From a virus (taxonomy: Duplodnaviria > Caudoviricetes), in the IMG/VR virus record IMGVR_UViG_3300027888_000008, positions 1-38,415 of that record: a DNA stretch of 38,415 bases. One strand, given 5' to 3'. The position numbers and the translations under genes were made by a program. Every line of letters begins with the position of its first letter. Position 1 is the stretch's first letter. The notes under the pieces are model-generated. The model had not been told where the DNA came from. It did no database searches and saw only the letters and a list, made by a program, of their open reading frames with translations. Below, piece by piece: positions 8,212-18,042 of this stretch.

Positions 8212-8374
8212 CTTTCACCTCGCTATATTTAAAATTTGCGTCAATTATTTCCCACGAGTGACCAATAAACTTTGCATCGTGCAGGTCTGCTGTATATAAG
8301 TGCGCGTCGTGTAGTTCAATTTTTCCGAAAATTCTTTCGTGGTTCTCTTTTGTCTCTTCAAATGTTTTTTTCAT
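8204..8374 (-). CDS. Divergent short paralogue of the pentapeptide array (56 aa)
   Basis: MKKTFEETKE...ELHDAHLYTADLHDAKFIG...SEVKDE; GAGGTG SD; not in the ORF track. Confidence 0.75.
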   Translation of the reverse strand: MKKTFEETKENHERIFGKIELHDAHLYTADLHDAKFIGHSWEIIDANFKYSEVKDE

Positions 8375-8389
8375 CGTTCACCTCTATAT

Positions 8390-8617
8390 TTATATAACCC
8401 AAGTTAAAGTACCGTCACCGTTGTCCTCAAATTCGCGGCAGCAAAGTTGCACTGTATGACCCCCGTTTTTTTCTGAGAAAAGGTCGGCGTATCTTTTGGT
8501 TGCAAAAGTCTTTACGTGCCCTTGCTCGTCGGTAAAATACTTTAGCGACTCGTAGTTAATGTATGTTGGTTTTGTGTAACTCACCGCAAAAAATTTCATC
8601 ATTTCGTCACCCGTCAC
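8390..8617 (-). CDS. Hypothetical protein
   Basis: ORF in the leftward operon; start uncertain. Confidence 0.6.
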   Translation of the reverse strand: MTGDEMMKFFAVSYTKPTYINYESLKYFTDEQGHVKTFATKRYADLFSEKNGGHTVQLCCREFEDNGDGTLTWVI

Positions 8618-8691
8618 CTCATGTTAAGAGTACATAGATAGCGACCATGATCACGCAGAGAGAAAATCCCCACGTGAAGCCGCTTGTGAAG

Positions 8692-8940
8692 CTAATTAAA
8701 GAGCGGTGAGATTTGTAAGTCATTTTCATTACTGTATACTCCATTTAAAAATTGTTTGATTTGATATTTGCGCCCTGCCATAAAAATTTCATTTAAGAAA
8801 AAATGTACTTCGAGCGCGCATTTTATCTTGTCGTCTTTAGTGGTCGGGTTAGATTCAACGTGTTTTTTTACAAGTTTCTGAAGTTCTTTGTATTTTTCAA
8901 CGATGAATTTGCCCGTATAATCAATCTCTTTCTTGTCCAT
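8692..8940 (-). CDS. Hypothetical protein
   Basis: GAGG SD; operon context. Confidence 0.65.
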   Translation of the reverse strand: MDKKEIDYTGKFIVEKYKELQKLVKKHVESNPTTKDDKIKCALEVHFFLNEIFMAGRKYQIKQFLNGVYSNENDLQISPLFN

Positions 8941-9100
8941 CTTTGTTTTCCTCTTCGTTTGTTCTGTTTGTTAGTAAAAAATGCCTTTCTTTTAGCGGCA
9001 TCGCGGAGTCGTGCAAGATGTAATTTGCGTCGCAAATTTTATTTTGATACTCGTCTTCCGTTATTTCAATGTAATATTTGACCATTAGTTTATCCTCAAT

Positions 9101-9331
9101 TTATAGCGGTTTTCGAGATTTTATTTTTTCAACGATTCCGAAAAGCATCTCTGCAATTTTTAAGCGATTTTCCGGTCGTGTAAGATCAAGACCATCTAAG
9201 TTTGTAGTGCTTAAATCCGCTGTCTGTAAGTTTGCAGTGCTTAAATCCGCTGTCTGTAAGTTTGCGTTGCGTTCCTCAAAATCTATTCTTTCAACTGTAA
9301 AGTTTTCGCTGTTTTTCATAATGCACCTCAA
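9101..9331 (-). CDS. Small protein with a short pentapeptide-like tract
   Basis: ANLQT ADLST ANLQT ADLST TNLDG; perfect 30-bp tandem duplication at 9206-9265. Confidence 0.65.
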   Translation of the reverse strand: MRCIMKNSENFTVERIDFEERNANLQTADLSTANLQTADLSTTNLDGLDLTRPENRLKIAEMLFGIVEKIKSRKPL

Positions 9332-9810
9332 TAGTTAAAGATTTGGCAGTGTGCCTCGTCGGTTTTTGTGTAGTCATTGTGTTGTCCCCCATAGTATGTG
9401 TTTCTTTTTATTGTTGATTTTATGTACATAAGTTCTTTTTGTGCTTTTCTCGATTTTCTTTTTTCGAATATTTTTGCTATTGTTTGCTTTTCTAAAAGCA
9501 TTTTTGTATTGCGGTACGCTTTAAAAATCGTGAAAAACATCAAGTATCTTTCTGTGCTCGTTAATTTTTTTAACGCGCTTATTTCTTTGTCATCGTGTAA
9601 AAAATCCAAACAGATACTTTCTTCTCCGCCGCCATGTTTTACTAGCAAAAACATACAACCAAAGCGTTTTTCAACTAGTCTAAAGTAAAAAGCCCTGTAG
9701 CAGACGTTCCCTATCACGCGGCCCGGTTCTTCAAAAATTATGGTGTCGTTGAAGCGCACCGTCGGGAATTTCCAATTATCTGTAGTTTCGTTACATTTTA
9801 AATTTTCCAT
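9328..9810 (-). CDS. Hypothetical protein
   Basis: Starts MEN after the repeated leader with a GAGGG SD. Confidence 0.75.
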   Translation of the reverse strand: MENLKCNETTDNWKFPTVRFNDTIIFEEPGRVIGNVCYRAFYFRLVEKRFGCMFLLVKHGGGEESICLDFLHDDKEISALKKLTSTERYLMFFTIFKAYRNTKMLLEKQTIAKIFEKRKSRKAQKELMYIKSTIKRNTYYGGQHNDYTKTDEAHCQIFNY

Positions 9811-9886
9811 GATGTTGTCCCTCTTAATAAAAAATAAAATACACCCCCACGAGTGTGGGGAAAGATTTATCTTTTGGGTTAAAGTT

Positions 9887-10126
9887 TTATAGCCATTTTG
9901 CTTTTATATATTCTCTGAGTTCTTTTTCAAACTCGTCCCCGCGCCAAGCGTTATCGACATTGGTATTGTCTTGCAGCACAGCGCATTGCCCTTTTTTTTT
10001 GAAAATAGTCGCTGTCATTGGATATTCTGCATCGCATTCATCAATGTAAACAAATTTCACTACATGGAAACCTTCGCCTCCGATTCCGTTTCTGTGATAT
10101 GCTTTTTCTTTCATCTTAAGTTTCAT
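9887..10126 (-). CDS. Hypothetical protein
   Basis: GAGGG SD; HRNGIGGEGF and NAWRGD motifs. Confidence 0.75.
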   Translation of the reverse strand: MKLKMKEKAYHRNGIGGEGFHVVKFVYIDECDAEYPMTATIFKKKGQCAVLQDNTNVDNAWRGDEFEKELREYIKAKWL

Positions 10127-10233
10127 AAGTCAGTCCCTCTAAAAATTAATTAATAAAAAAGTAAAAAAAGCCTCTCTTGTTTTATCGCTGCATTTCCCAC
10201 AAGCACCCCCACGAGTGTGGGGAAAGATGATGT

Positions 10234-10479
10234 TTACTCACTAGATGTCCACTCGCCGTAAAAACCAAAGTCGGCGTAGTCTGCTATCACTACGTCGTCA
10301 TCACCAGCGCGCACACCGTACCACGGCAGCGTAGCGACTACCTCGTCGTCGTGCTCGATGTGTATGCTAGTCTGTGTATATGCTAGATGTGCCTCCGCAT
10401 ATGCTTTTGCTTGCTCGAGTGTGTCGCGCCACTCATTGCCAGCGCCTGTGCCAAAATTTACAAAATATGAATTTTCCAT
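10234..10479 (-). CDS. Small acidic hypothetical protein (81 aa)
   Basis: Start moved to MENSYF, which has the same leader as the gene at 9810. Confidence 0.75.
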   Translation of the reverse strand: MENSYFVNFGTGAGNEWRDTLEQAKAYAEAHLAYTQTSIHIEHDDEVVATLPWYGVRAGDDDVVIADYADFGFYGEWTSSE

Positions 10480-10542
10480 GATGTTGTCCCTCTTAATAAA
10501 AAATAAAATACACCCCCACACGAGTGTGGGGAAAGATGATGT

Positions 10543-10947
10543 TTACTTACTAGATGACTTTTGCATGCGGTCATAGTCTTGCGAGCCGACTATAAATGCA
10601 GTTTTGACGCACCAAGGGCTCTCCTTTTTTTCGATTTCTCGTAGTATCCCGTATTGATCACTATAGTCGCTGTCAGGCATAAGCTCATCGTCTAGCTCAG
10701 CTTTGCTGGTGCATATCTTATCGCTGATGTAGATGGGCTTTGCTGTACTATCTATCTCATCGTCGTCTTGATACTCTGCTGCGTAGTCTAAGTGCTGCTG
10801 CTCATAATAGTCGCCGTCAAGCTGCACCAGCTCTTTTCTTAGGTCTGCGAGCATCTGGCGTGCGTCGGCTTCTGTGTCCGCTGTCTGTAGCTTCTGCGAG
10901 CCGTTGACGATATCATAGCAATATAAAGTATAAGTATAAGTGATCAT
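10543..10947 (-). CDS. Acidic hypothetical protein
   Basis: GAGG SD; D/E/Y-rich; first gene of the leftward operon. Confidence 0.75.
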   Translation of the reverse strand: MITYTYTLYCYDIVNGSQKLQTADTEADARQMLADLRKELVQLDGDYYEQQHLDYAAEYQDDDEIDSTAKPIYISDKICTSKAELDDELMPDSDYSDQYGILREIEKKESPWCVKTAFIVGSQDYDRMQKSSSK

Positions 10948-11435
10948 GATGTAGTCCTCTTTTAAAAATTTTATTACTAAAAAAGCTTGTGTATCAAGCT
11001 ACGTGGGCATGTTGACATGAAACATCAACACAGTCAAGGCTAAAATCATAAGCCATTGGCTGGTTTTGACGGGTTGCGCTTTTTTTGTGCAGGTTTTTGT
11101 GTAAAAAACGCACTTTCTCGCTACAATACCAAAAAAATAACCACCTTTATCAACAAATTTGCCCAAAATGTATGCAGCCAAGGCATTTTCGGCAAATTAA
11201 AAACGTTAGCGCAAAAGAATGCTTCAAAAGGCTTGGCGCAAAAGCAATCTCATCGCGCAAAAAACAGGAATAAACAGCGAAATAAAATTACTCTCTGAAA
11301 ACTCTTTAATATCAACAAAAGTGGGGAAATCAAAATGAATTGTTCGCCCAGCTCGGCGATCTGTGGTGCATAGTAGATAGAGCATGCGACTATGTGCTAC
11401 AATATCCAGATATAAATTTCAGCGAGGTCAAAAAA

Positions 11436-11720
11436 ATGAAATCGAAAAAACATCAGGGATTTAAAACAGTGCAATCCAAAATCGCGAGAAGGCTTAAGTC
11501 GCAACGCGTCTCAGACGAAAGCGCAAAAGAAAGAGCGGGCGCAATCTTAGCGGCATCGACGAGACGCGCATCAGCAAAAGCAAAGCGAGCGAACCCGAGA
11601 CTCAAAAAAGTGCTGATGCCGAAGAAGCGTGGCATAAAGATAAAAGTCGCAGATACAGACACGGCAAGAGATGTAGCTTCGAAAGTCGGCAAATCTTTAA
11701 AAGCGGGGAGTAAAAAATGA
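11436..11720 (+). CDS. Small highly basic phage protein
   Basis: GAGGT SD; HQGFKTVQSKIA...ERAGAILAASTRRAS...NPRLKKV. Confidence 0.7.
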   Translation: MKSKKHQGFKTVQSKIARRLKSQRVSDESAKERAGAILAASTRRASAKAKRANPRLKKVLMPKKRGIKIKVADTDTARDVASKVGKSLKAGSKK

Positions 11721-12220
11721 TGGGTACAAAATACTGGTACATGTTTTGCTATGACTTTAATGATACTGCATCTATAGCGGCTGACAAAAAAATGATCGTG
11801 GACGCTCTTGTCGATGATGAACCTGACTCAAGAAAGCACTATGCTGACTTGCTCAGTGATGCTGTATCTATACCATCTCGCAATGATTTCATTTTGTATA
11901 TGGAGAAAACGCAACTCCGCTCCGACATTCTCTCTAAAACGAGGGCATATAAAATCTTTTCTGCGGATGATGACGGTGCTTTTGGCGGACGCTGGACAGA
12001 AGTTTACAGGTCATCAGATGCAGTCGAAAAGCTCAAGGCGGAAAAAGGTCTTTACGGACTGGCAGTGATACACAGCGAAGAAGAGCGACAAAATTTTTAT
12101 AACTTGCGCGATGAAATTCATGATATCTGCGCACGCTCGCTGGAAAGTCTTGAGGCAACAATCAAACAAATCGATAAAGCACAGGTAAAAATTTGTGATT
12201 TCTATGAGCGTTTGAGGTAA
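11717..12220 (+). CDS. Hypothetical protein
   Basis: Overlaps the upstream stop codon; 167 aa. Confidence 0.7.
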   Translation: MMGTKYWYMFCYDFNDTASIAADKKMIVDALVDDEPDSRKHYADLLSDAVSIPSRNDFILYMEKTQLRSDILSKTRAYKIFSADDDGAFGGRWTEVYRSSDAVEKLKAEKGLYGLAVIHSEEERQNFYNLRDEIHDICARSLESLEATIKQIDKAQVKICDFYERLR

Positions 12221-12223
12221 AAA

Positions 12224-12397
12224 ATGAGTTATGAAGAAAGAATCGAAGCATACAAAGAACGCTTCAAAAAGTGCAAGCAGCACGTCTTTTCGTACTGGCA
12301 GGGCGACGGGTGCGCTTACAGGTATCGCGAGTGCGCGCGGTGCGGGTACACAGAGCTTGAGATAGAGCCGCCGAGCAAAAAAATCGAAGACTTATGA
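12224..12397 (+). CDS. Small Cys/His (zinc-ribbon-like) protein (57 aa)
   Basis: GAGGT SD; CKQH...CARCG; not in the ORF track. Confidence 0.6.
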   Translation: MSYEERIEAYKERFKKCKQHVFSYWQGDGCAYRYRECARCGYTELEIEPPSKKIEDL

Positions 12398-12440
12398 AAA
12401 AAATTAAAAGTTGCAAAATTCACAAAAGAGGTAACACAAA

Positions 12441-12608
12441 ATGCCACTAAAAAAGACACGCAAAGGCGCGAGCAAAAAGCAGCGTCAAAAAGACATCAGT
12501 CAAAATATCCGAACAGAAATCGCGGCAGGAAAACCTCAAAAGCAGGCAGTGGCAATAGCTTTGAGGACTGCGGGCGTTCAAAAAAAGCGTAAACGGAAGA
12601 AAAAATAA
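12441..12608 (+). CDS. Small basic phage protein (55 aa)
   Basis: GAGGT SD; MPLKK...ISQNIRTEIAAGKPQKQAVAIAL; not in the ORF track. Confidence 0.7.
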   Translation: MPLKKTRKGASKKQRQKDISQNIRTEIAAGKPQKQAVAIALRTAGVQKKRKRKKK

Positions 12609-12638
12609 GTCGTTCGGGATTTCCGAACAGGTGATGAA

Positions 12639-13001
12639 ATGCAAAAGAAAAAGCATACAACAGACAAAATGCAAAAACTGCCGGACAAAGAGCATGTTAG
12701 CCGCGCGGTATCTTTGCAGCTCATAAAAAAGGCGATGAAAGGTGTCCCGTGGGCAATCAAAGAAATATCAAAATATCTTAATCTTGACCCGTACGTTAAC
12801 GATGAATTTGAGGCTATCACTAAACTCCCCGCGACTGAGCAGCACATAGAACTGATGAAGCTTTACGCAAAAAGGAAGATTACAGAAGAGCAGGCTTTTG
12901 TGTATAATAAGTTACTCGGCGAGGCGATGGGCGTGGAAATTTTGAGAAAAGTCAATGAACGACTTGACACTCTCGAAAAAAATCACAGAAAAAAGAGGTG
13001 A
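12639..13001 (+). CDS. Hypothetical protein, possible terminase small subunit
   Basis: Size, position upstream of terL and a KKAMKG..WAIK motif. Confidence 0.4.
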   Translation: MQKKKHTTDKMQKLPDKEHVSRAVSLQLIKKAMKGVPWAIKEISKYLNLDPYVNDEFEAITKLPATEQHIELMKLYAKRKITEEQAFVYNKLLGEAMGVEILRKVNERLDTLEKNHRKKR

Positions 13002-13005
13002 GAAT

Positions 13006-13470
13006 ATGTTGGAAGAAAAAATCAATTTCAAAGATGTGCGATTTATATTTGGCGTGCAGAAAAAACGCAAAAAAAAGGTTATTGAAGACCCGATTTTAGC
13101 AGAATGGCGATTAATGCTGAAAAACTACGATTTTTTGTATCGCACACAGAGCAATCGCAAAAAAGCAGGCAATGAAGTTTTAGAAGAAACTAATGTTTTA
13201 CTCGGTATTATAGACCATCCGCATTTGACTCAATCGGCAAAAAGACGGCAGTTTGTCAGCAGATACTGCAATGTGTCGCGCTCTGTTCTTGAGCCGCCCC
13301 AGCACAAAAAGGCTTTGCGTTGGCTTTTCAAAAAGTTAGATTCCCTTGTTAATTTTTTCAGGAAAAAGCGCAGGTATTCATTTAGCGCATATTTTAAGCC
13401 GACGCGCGAGGAAAAATTGAGAGAGAAGTTGGAAGAAAAGATGTATCGCAGGCACAGAAATAGTCTATAG
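13006..13470 (+). CDS. Basic hypothetical protein
   Basis: GAGGTG SD before MLEEK. Confidence 0.65.
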   Translation: MLEEKINFKDVRFIFGVQKKRKKKVIEDPILAEWRLMLKNYDFLYRTQSNRKKAGNEVLEETNVLLGIIDHPHLTQSAKRRQFVSRYCNVSRSVLEPPQHKKALRWLFKKLDSLVNFFRKKRRYSFSAYFKPTREEKLREKLEEKMYRRHRNSL

Positions 13471-13703
13471 TTTTGATCGCACAAACGTTTTGACTTCACC
13501 AGCTTTTTTGCGGACGGTTTTACCGAGCTGCTGCTTTGTAATATAGATGTGCTGTTCTATGTGCGCGGGTTTATAAAATATGCACGTCACAGGCTTTTCT
13601 TTTTTCTGTTCTTTTTCTTTTTCTTGCGTCATAAAAAAAGCCGCGCTAAGCGGCTAAGGTGAATATGTTTGAATCAATGATATCATGACTTGTAAAAAAA
13701 TCA

Positions 13704-15263
13704 ATGTTTAGATTACCACAATCAGTTGAGACTCGATTATGTGCTTTAGAAGCTTCTGCTGCTAGAGAAAATAGGATTGATGTCGAACTGCAAGACGACT
13801 ATACACTTATAATCAATCCAGATGCAGAAAATGAAGAAAATAAAAGAATATATAATCCATCGCCAACTTTCAAAAAATTCCATGCAGACAAAAATTTTGC
13901 TCGAATCATAGTAGGTTGTTATGGTTCAGGGAAAACGACTGGTTGTTTGATAGATGCAGTCATAAACACAATTTTAATGCCGCCGTGTTTAGATGGTGTT
14001 AGACGAGCGAGAGTGCTTGTCGTTCGCAACACATTCCCAGAACTCGAAAGTACAACCATCCCGACGTGGAATAACTGGTTTGCTGATATGGGAGACATAA
14101 AAAAGCGAATGAAAGCCCCCATTACATTTATTCATAATTTTAATGATAAAAATGGCGAGATAGAATTACATGTTTTGTTTCTAGCTCTTAATCGTCCGTC
14201 CGACATCCAGAAACTCAAATCTTTTGAATCGACTTTTGCGATTTTGGAAGAAGCGTCTGAACTGGATAGAGAAGTGTTTAATCATGCTAAGGCGCGTATT
14301 GGTCGATGGCCATCTGAACAAATATGCACAGAAAAATTTGATAAAAAGATTATTTTGCCTACAAATCCACCAGATGAATCTCACTGGATTTATGACATTT
14401 TTGAAGTTCAAAAGCCAGATAAGCATTCCATTTATAAACAGCCGCCCGCTTTGTTGTGGAAAGAAAATAAATTAGTTGAAAATCCTGCAGCAGAAAATAT
14501 AGAAAATCTAAAAGATGGTTATGGTTATTATTTTGATGCGTCGCTTGGACAAAGTAAGGAATTTATAAAGGTATTTATAGAAGGAAAATATGGTGTATTG
14601 AGAAGTGGACAAGTAGTTTTTCCACAATACAATGATGACCTGCATTCTGTCGAAGACATAAAAATAGACAATGACTTTCCTATCGTTATGACAGCAGATT
14701 ATGGCACTGTTTGTCCTGCTTTAGTGGTAGGGCAGTATGTTTATGGTCAACTTAGAATAATCAAAGAATTTTGGGGAATGTTCTTGACCATGAAAGAATT
14801 ATATCAATTAGAAGCGTCGCCCTGGTTAATACAAAATGCAGAAAATTTTAAACCAGAAGATTTAATTGTTGTTGGCGATCCCGCAAAAACATATGGCGGA
14901 AATAAAGATTTGGAAGAATGCGGACTGAGAGTTATTGACGCACCAACAAATAGAATAGATAGAAGAATAAGCGCGGTTGTAACATTGCTAACAACAATTA
15001 ATGCATCAGGGCAAATGTGTTTTTGCTTATCGAGGAAAGGTTGCCCAAAAGCAAGAGCTGGTTTTATGAGGGATTATAAATATGAAGAATTAAAAACAGG
15101 TCAAGGAATTGTATATAAAGACAATCCGAAAAAAGACCATCCAGTTTCTGACTTGCACGATGGGATACAGTATCACGCGTTGCGTGTGGCTGACAGAAAC
15201 ATCGACACTCTGCAAAAAACTGACTATAATCAGTATATGTCGCAATCTGCTTCAGTTTTATAG
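13704..15263 (+). CDS. terL: Terminase large subunit
   Basis: Walker A GCYGSGKT, Walker B AILEEASE, TNPP motif, nuclease-domain motifs DYG, GDPA and SDLHDG. Confidence 0.93.
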   Translation: MFRLPQSVETRLCALEASAARENRIDVELQDDYTLIINPDAENEENKRIYNPSPTFKKFHADKNFARIIVGCYGSGKTTGCLIDAVINTILMPPCLDGVRRARVLVVRNTFPELESTTIPTWNNWFADMGDIKKRMKAPITFIHNFNDKNGEIELHVLFLALNRPSDIQKLKSFESTFAILEEASELDREVFNHAKARIGRWPSEQICTEKFDKKIILPTNPPDESHWIYDIFEVQKPDKHSIYKQPPALLWKENKLVENPAAENIENLKDGYGYYFDASLGQSKEFIKVFIEGKYGVLRSGQVVFPQYNDDLHSVEDIKIDNDFPIVMTADYGTVCPALVVGQYVYGQLRIIKEFWGMFLTMKELYQLEASPWLIQNAENFKPEDLIVVGDPAKTYGGNKDLEECGLRVIDAPTNRIDRRISAVVTLLTTINASGQMCFCLSRKGCPKARAGFMRDYKYEELKTGQGIVYKDNPKKDHPVSDLHDGIQYHALRVADRNIDTLQKTDYNQYMSQSASVL

Positions 15264-15271
15264 GGTGCAAG

Positions 15272-17422
15272 ATGAATAAACTAAGAAAATTAAGCACAGA
15301 AAAGGAAAAAAAAATTATTGAGAAAGTTTTAAAAGCTCGTCGAGATTGGCAGACTTATTACAATGATAACAACCAAAACTATATTGATGATGTTAATTTT
15401 TTATATTCGTGCCAATTTGATGATAAGGAGTTAAATGCTTATAAAGCAGATAACCGACCTGCTTTGCAAGCCAATCTTTTGGTAAAAGTTGTTGACCAGC
15501 TTCACGGAGAATTTGCGTCAAATGTTTTTAGTCATAAAGTACGTGCGGCGACAAAATCATCACAAAATATAGTAGGCATTCAGAAAGCTATTGATATACG
15601 TGATGATTTATTATCTCATATTGAGCATATTTCAGGTGACACGCCTCGCACAATGGCTTTTGAAAATATGACAAGTGGAGGTTATGGAGTTATTAGACTT
15701 GCCGTAGAAGAAGACGAAACAGATATTTTTAGGCAAACTGTAAAAATGGTTGGTGTCCATTCTCCGCCACTTTGTTATTTTGACCCGAATGCCAGAGATG
15801 AAGAAAAATATAAGCAGGATGGAAGATATTGCGGATTACACACTCTTTTAAGCAAAGATGAATTTAAAAATCTATATCCAGACGCAAAAATCCCGTCAAA
15901 ACAGCAGGATTTAGGAAATCGTACTGAATGGATAACGGATGATGGCGTGTGGGTTATAGACCACTGGCATAAAGAGCCAATAAAACAAATGGTTGCTAGA
16001 GTAATTGTTGGTAATACCACTGATGTAATCAATTTAACTGATGAAGAACAAAAGGAGTTAAACGAATCTGATATTAAAGAAACAGTAAATGGAAATATTT
16101 CAAAACCGCCGAGTTTTTTAAGAAATGGCAGAAGATTTTATGTAATCGATCAAAAGATTAATAAAAATGCGTATAAAATTCATTATTATAGAATAGCTTG
16201 CGGACAGTTATTAGAGCACACAATATGGGACAGCTCTTATTTACCATTATTTTATTTTCCATGCAAAAATAAATGGGTCTTTGATAAAGAAAAAACAATT
16301 TCTCTAATTTATTATGCAAAAGATATGCAGCGATTTCACAATTTTATAATCAATGAAATCGCTGAACGATTCAAACTGACTCGGTATGAACCCTATCTTG
16401 TTACTCGAGAAATGTTAAAAGGAAATGAACAAATGTGGCGAAATACTTCGCAGCCGAAAACCGCATTAGTTTACACGCCGCATCAGCTTGGAAACTCGAT
16501 ATTAGCCCCGATAAAACAGCAACCGCAGGAAATCCCGCAAAGTCTTTTTGTTCAGCAGCAGCAATCTATGGCAGCAATTCAATCGGTTATTGGCAGGTTT
16601 GACGCAAATATGGGTGCACCAAGTAATGAGTTAACTGGTGTTGCGATAGCTCAGAGGCAGTTAGGTGGCAACATTACCACAAAAATCATTTTTGAAAATT
16701 TTAGGAAAGCTTATGAGATTGTTTTAAATGGCATATTGGATTTATCACAGAATGTTATTGATGATACTAGAGATATAAATTTGCCTGATAAAAATGAAAA
16801 CAGCGACTTTTTCAAAGTAAATGACCCGATGGATGAAATGACCGATTTATCGATTGGAAAATTCAATGTAAAGGTTTCTGTCGGAAATAATTATGAATTG
16901 CAAAAAATGCAAAATCTAATGTTTTTGCAGCAGTTAACAAGTTCATATCCACAATTAATACCAGTTACTATAGATTTGTTACTCGAAAATGCCGATTTAC
17001 CGAATACACCGCAGCTTGTAGAACGAGTGAGAAATAGCGGCATAGTCAACCCACAGATTATTCTTCAGGAATCTAAAAATCCGAAGGAATTGGCTCTTGC
17101 TAAGCAGAATATTCAATCTCAAAATCAGCAGCAGCAAATGATGCTTCAGATGGCGCAACAGAGATTGCAAAATGAGCAGATTAAAGTTCAAAATGATACG
17201 GTTAGAGCTCATGCAGACCAAATAAATGCAATCGGTAATACGACTTCAAAATTGCAAGATTCTCAAACAGAAAGGTTAAATGTCCTAATGAAAGGGTCTA
17301 TAGAAAGCGATAAATTACGAGTTGAACAAGCACGAACTGACATGGAATTGCAAAAAACGGCATTTGAGACAGCTAAACGTTCGCTAGGTGAATTGTTCGG
17401 CGGAAGACAACCACAATTTTAA
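15272..17422 (+). CDS. Portal protein (P22-like)
   Basis: 716 aa directly after terL; RPALQAN, GYGVIR, KDMQRFHN and TGVAIAQRQ motifs; Q-rich coiled-coil C-terminus. Confidence 0.88.
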   Translation: MNKLRKLSTEKEKKIIEKVLKARRDWQTYYNDNNQNYIDDVNFLYSCQFDDKELNAYKADNRPALQANLLVKVVDQLHGEFASNVFSHKVRAATKSSQNIVGIQKAIDIRDDLLSHIEHISGDTPRTMAFENMTSGGYGVIRLAVEEDETDIFRQTVKMVGVHSPPLCYFDPNARDEEKYKQDGRYCGLHTLLSKDEFKNLYPDAKIPSKQQDLGNRTEWITDDGVWVIDHWHKEPIKQMVARVIVGNTTDVINLTDEEQKELNESDIKETVNGNISKPPSFLRNGRRFYVIDQKINKNAYKIHYYRIACGQLLEHTIWDSSYLPLFYFPCKNKWVFDKEKTISLIYYAKDMQRFHNFIINEIAERFKLTRYEPYLVTREMLKGNEQMWRNTSQPKTALVYTPHQLGNSILAPIKQQPQEIPQSLFVQQQQSMAAIQSVIGRFDANMGAPSNELTGVAIAQRQLGGNITTKIIFENFRKAYEIVLNGILDLSQNVIDDTRDINLPDKNENSDFFKVNDPMDEMTDLSIGKFNVKVSVGNNYELQKMQNLMFLQQLTSSYPQLIPVTIDLLLENADLPNTPQLVERVRNSGIVNPQIILQESKNPKELALAKQNIQSQNQQQQMMLQMAQQRLQNEQIKVQNDTVRAHADQINAIGNTTSKLQDSQTERLNVLMKGSIESDKLRVEQARTDMELQKTAFETAKRSLGELFGGRQPQF

Positions 17423-17880
17423 ACCTCGAATCTTCCTCTGTTTGTAGCAAAATTTTGTGAAAATTCTTTGGCATTTTCTACTTTCATCAATTTTGCCATT
17501 TCGTCCATAGATATTAATGAGGTATCTTTTACTTCGCCAGTATTAAAAATTTCCTCTTCATCGACATTATCGAGATTCACAATTTTGACTTCAAGATTAT
17601 GGTTTTTAACCTGTCCTTTTCCTGTCCACACAATTACATAATGTTCATTGGTTTTCAAATTCCTAATAGTTTGCCCAGCATGACAGGATGATTTCTGTTT
17701 TTTTTCTTCTTCCAATACTCGTTCGGATTCGTGCAATTGAGTGACAAAATAAGAAAATTGTTCTTTTGTTAGTTTCCTTTGAATCTTCTCTAATTGTTCT
17801 TGGGTTAATGTTGGAAATTTAAAATCGATATTTACATCATTTTGAGTTGCTGGCTGTACTTTTGATGGCGGACGACCCAT
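17419..17880 (-). CDS. Hypothetical protein inserted antisense in the head module
   Basis: GAGGT SD; N-terminal GRP (AT-hook-like) motif. Confidence 0.7.
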   Translation of the reverse strand: MGRPPSKVQPATQNDVNIDFKFPTLTQEQLEKIQRKLTKEQFSYFVTQLHESERVLEEEKKQKSSCHAGQTIRNLKTNEHYVIVWTGKGQVKNHNLEVKIVNLDNVDEEEIFNTGEVKDTSLISMDEMAKLMKVENAKEFSQNFATNRGRFEV

Positions 17881-17965
17881 AAAATACCTCTTAGTATATA
17901 TAAATTGTGGCTATTTTAACTAATCGAGAGAAATAATGCAAATATCTGTGCAATATATTTGTCAT

Positions 17966-18042
17966 TGTCATTGAACGACGTTCAATGACAAATGACACCT
18001 CTGAGGTGACAAAATGACACCTCTGAGGTGACAAAATGACAC
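17966..18042. repeat. 12-bp inverted repeat plus 22-bp tandem repeat x2.4 (iteron- or operator-like)
   Basis: TGTCATTGAACG-a-CGTTCAATGACA; AAATGACACCTCTGAGGTGACA at 17990 and 18012, partial copy at 18034. Confidence 0.85.

Larger units (their letters stand above)
9801..10556 (-). repeat. Three copies of an intergenic hairpin/leader repeat (9801-9866, 10204-10247, 10470-10556)
   Basis: Shared core CACCCCCAC(AC)GAGTGTGGGGAAAGAT. Confidence 0.9.

Noticed and set aside
9801-10556. CRISPR array or integron attC array
   Set aside because: The intervals are whole genes of several hundred bp, the repeats are uneven, and there is no cas gene, intI or attC core-site structure
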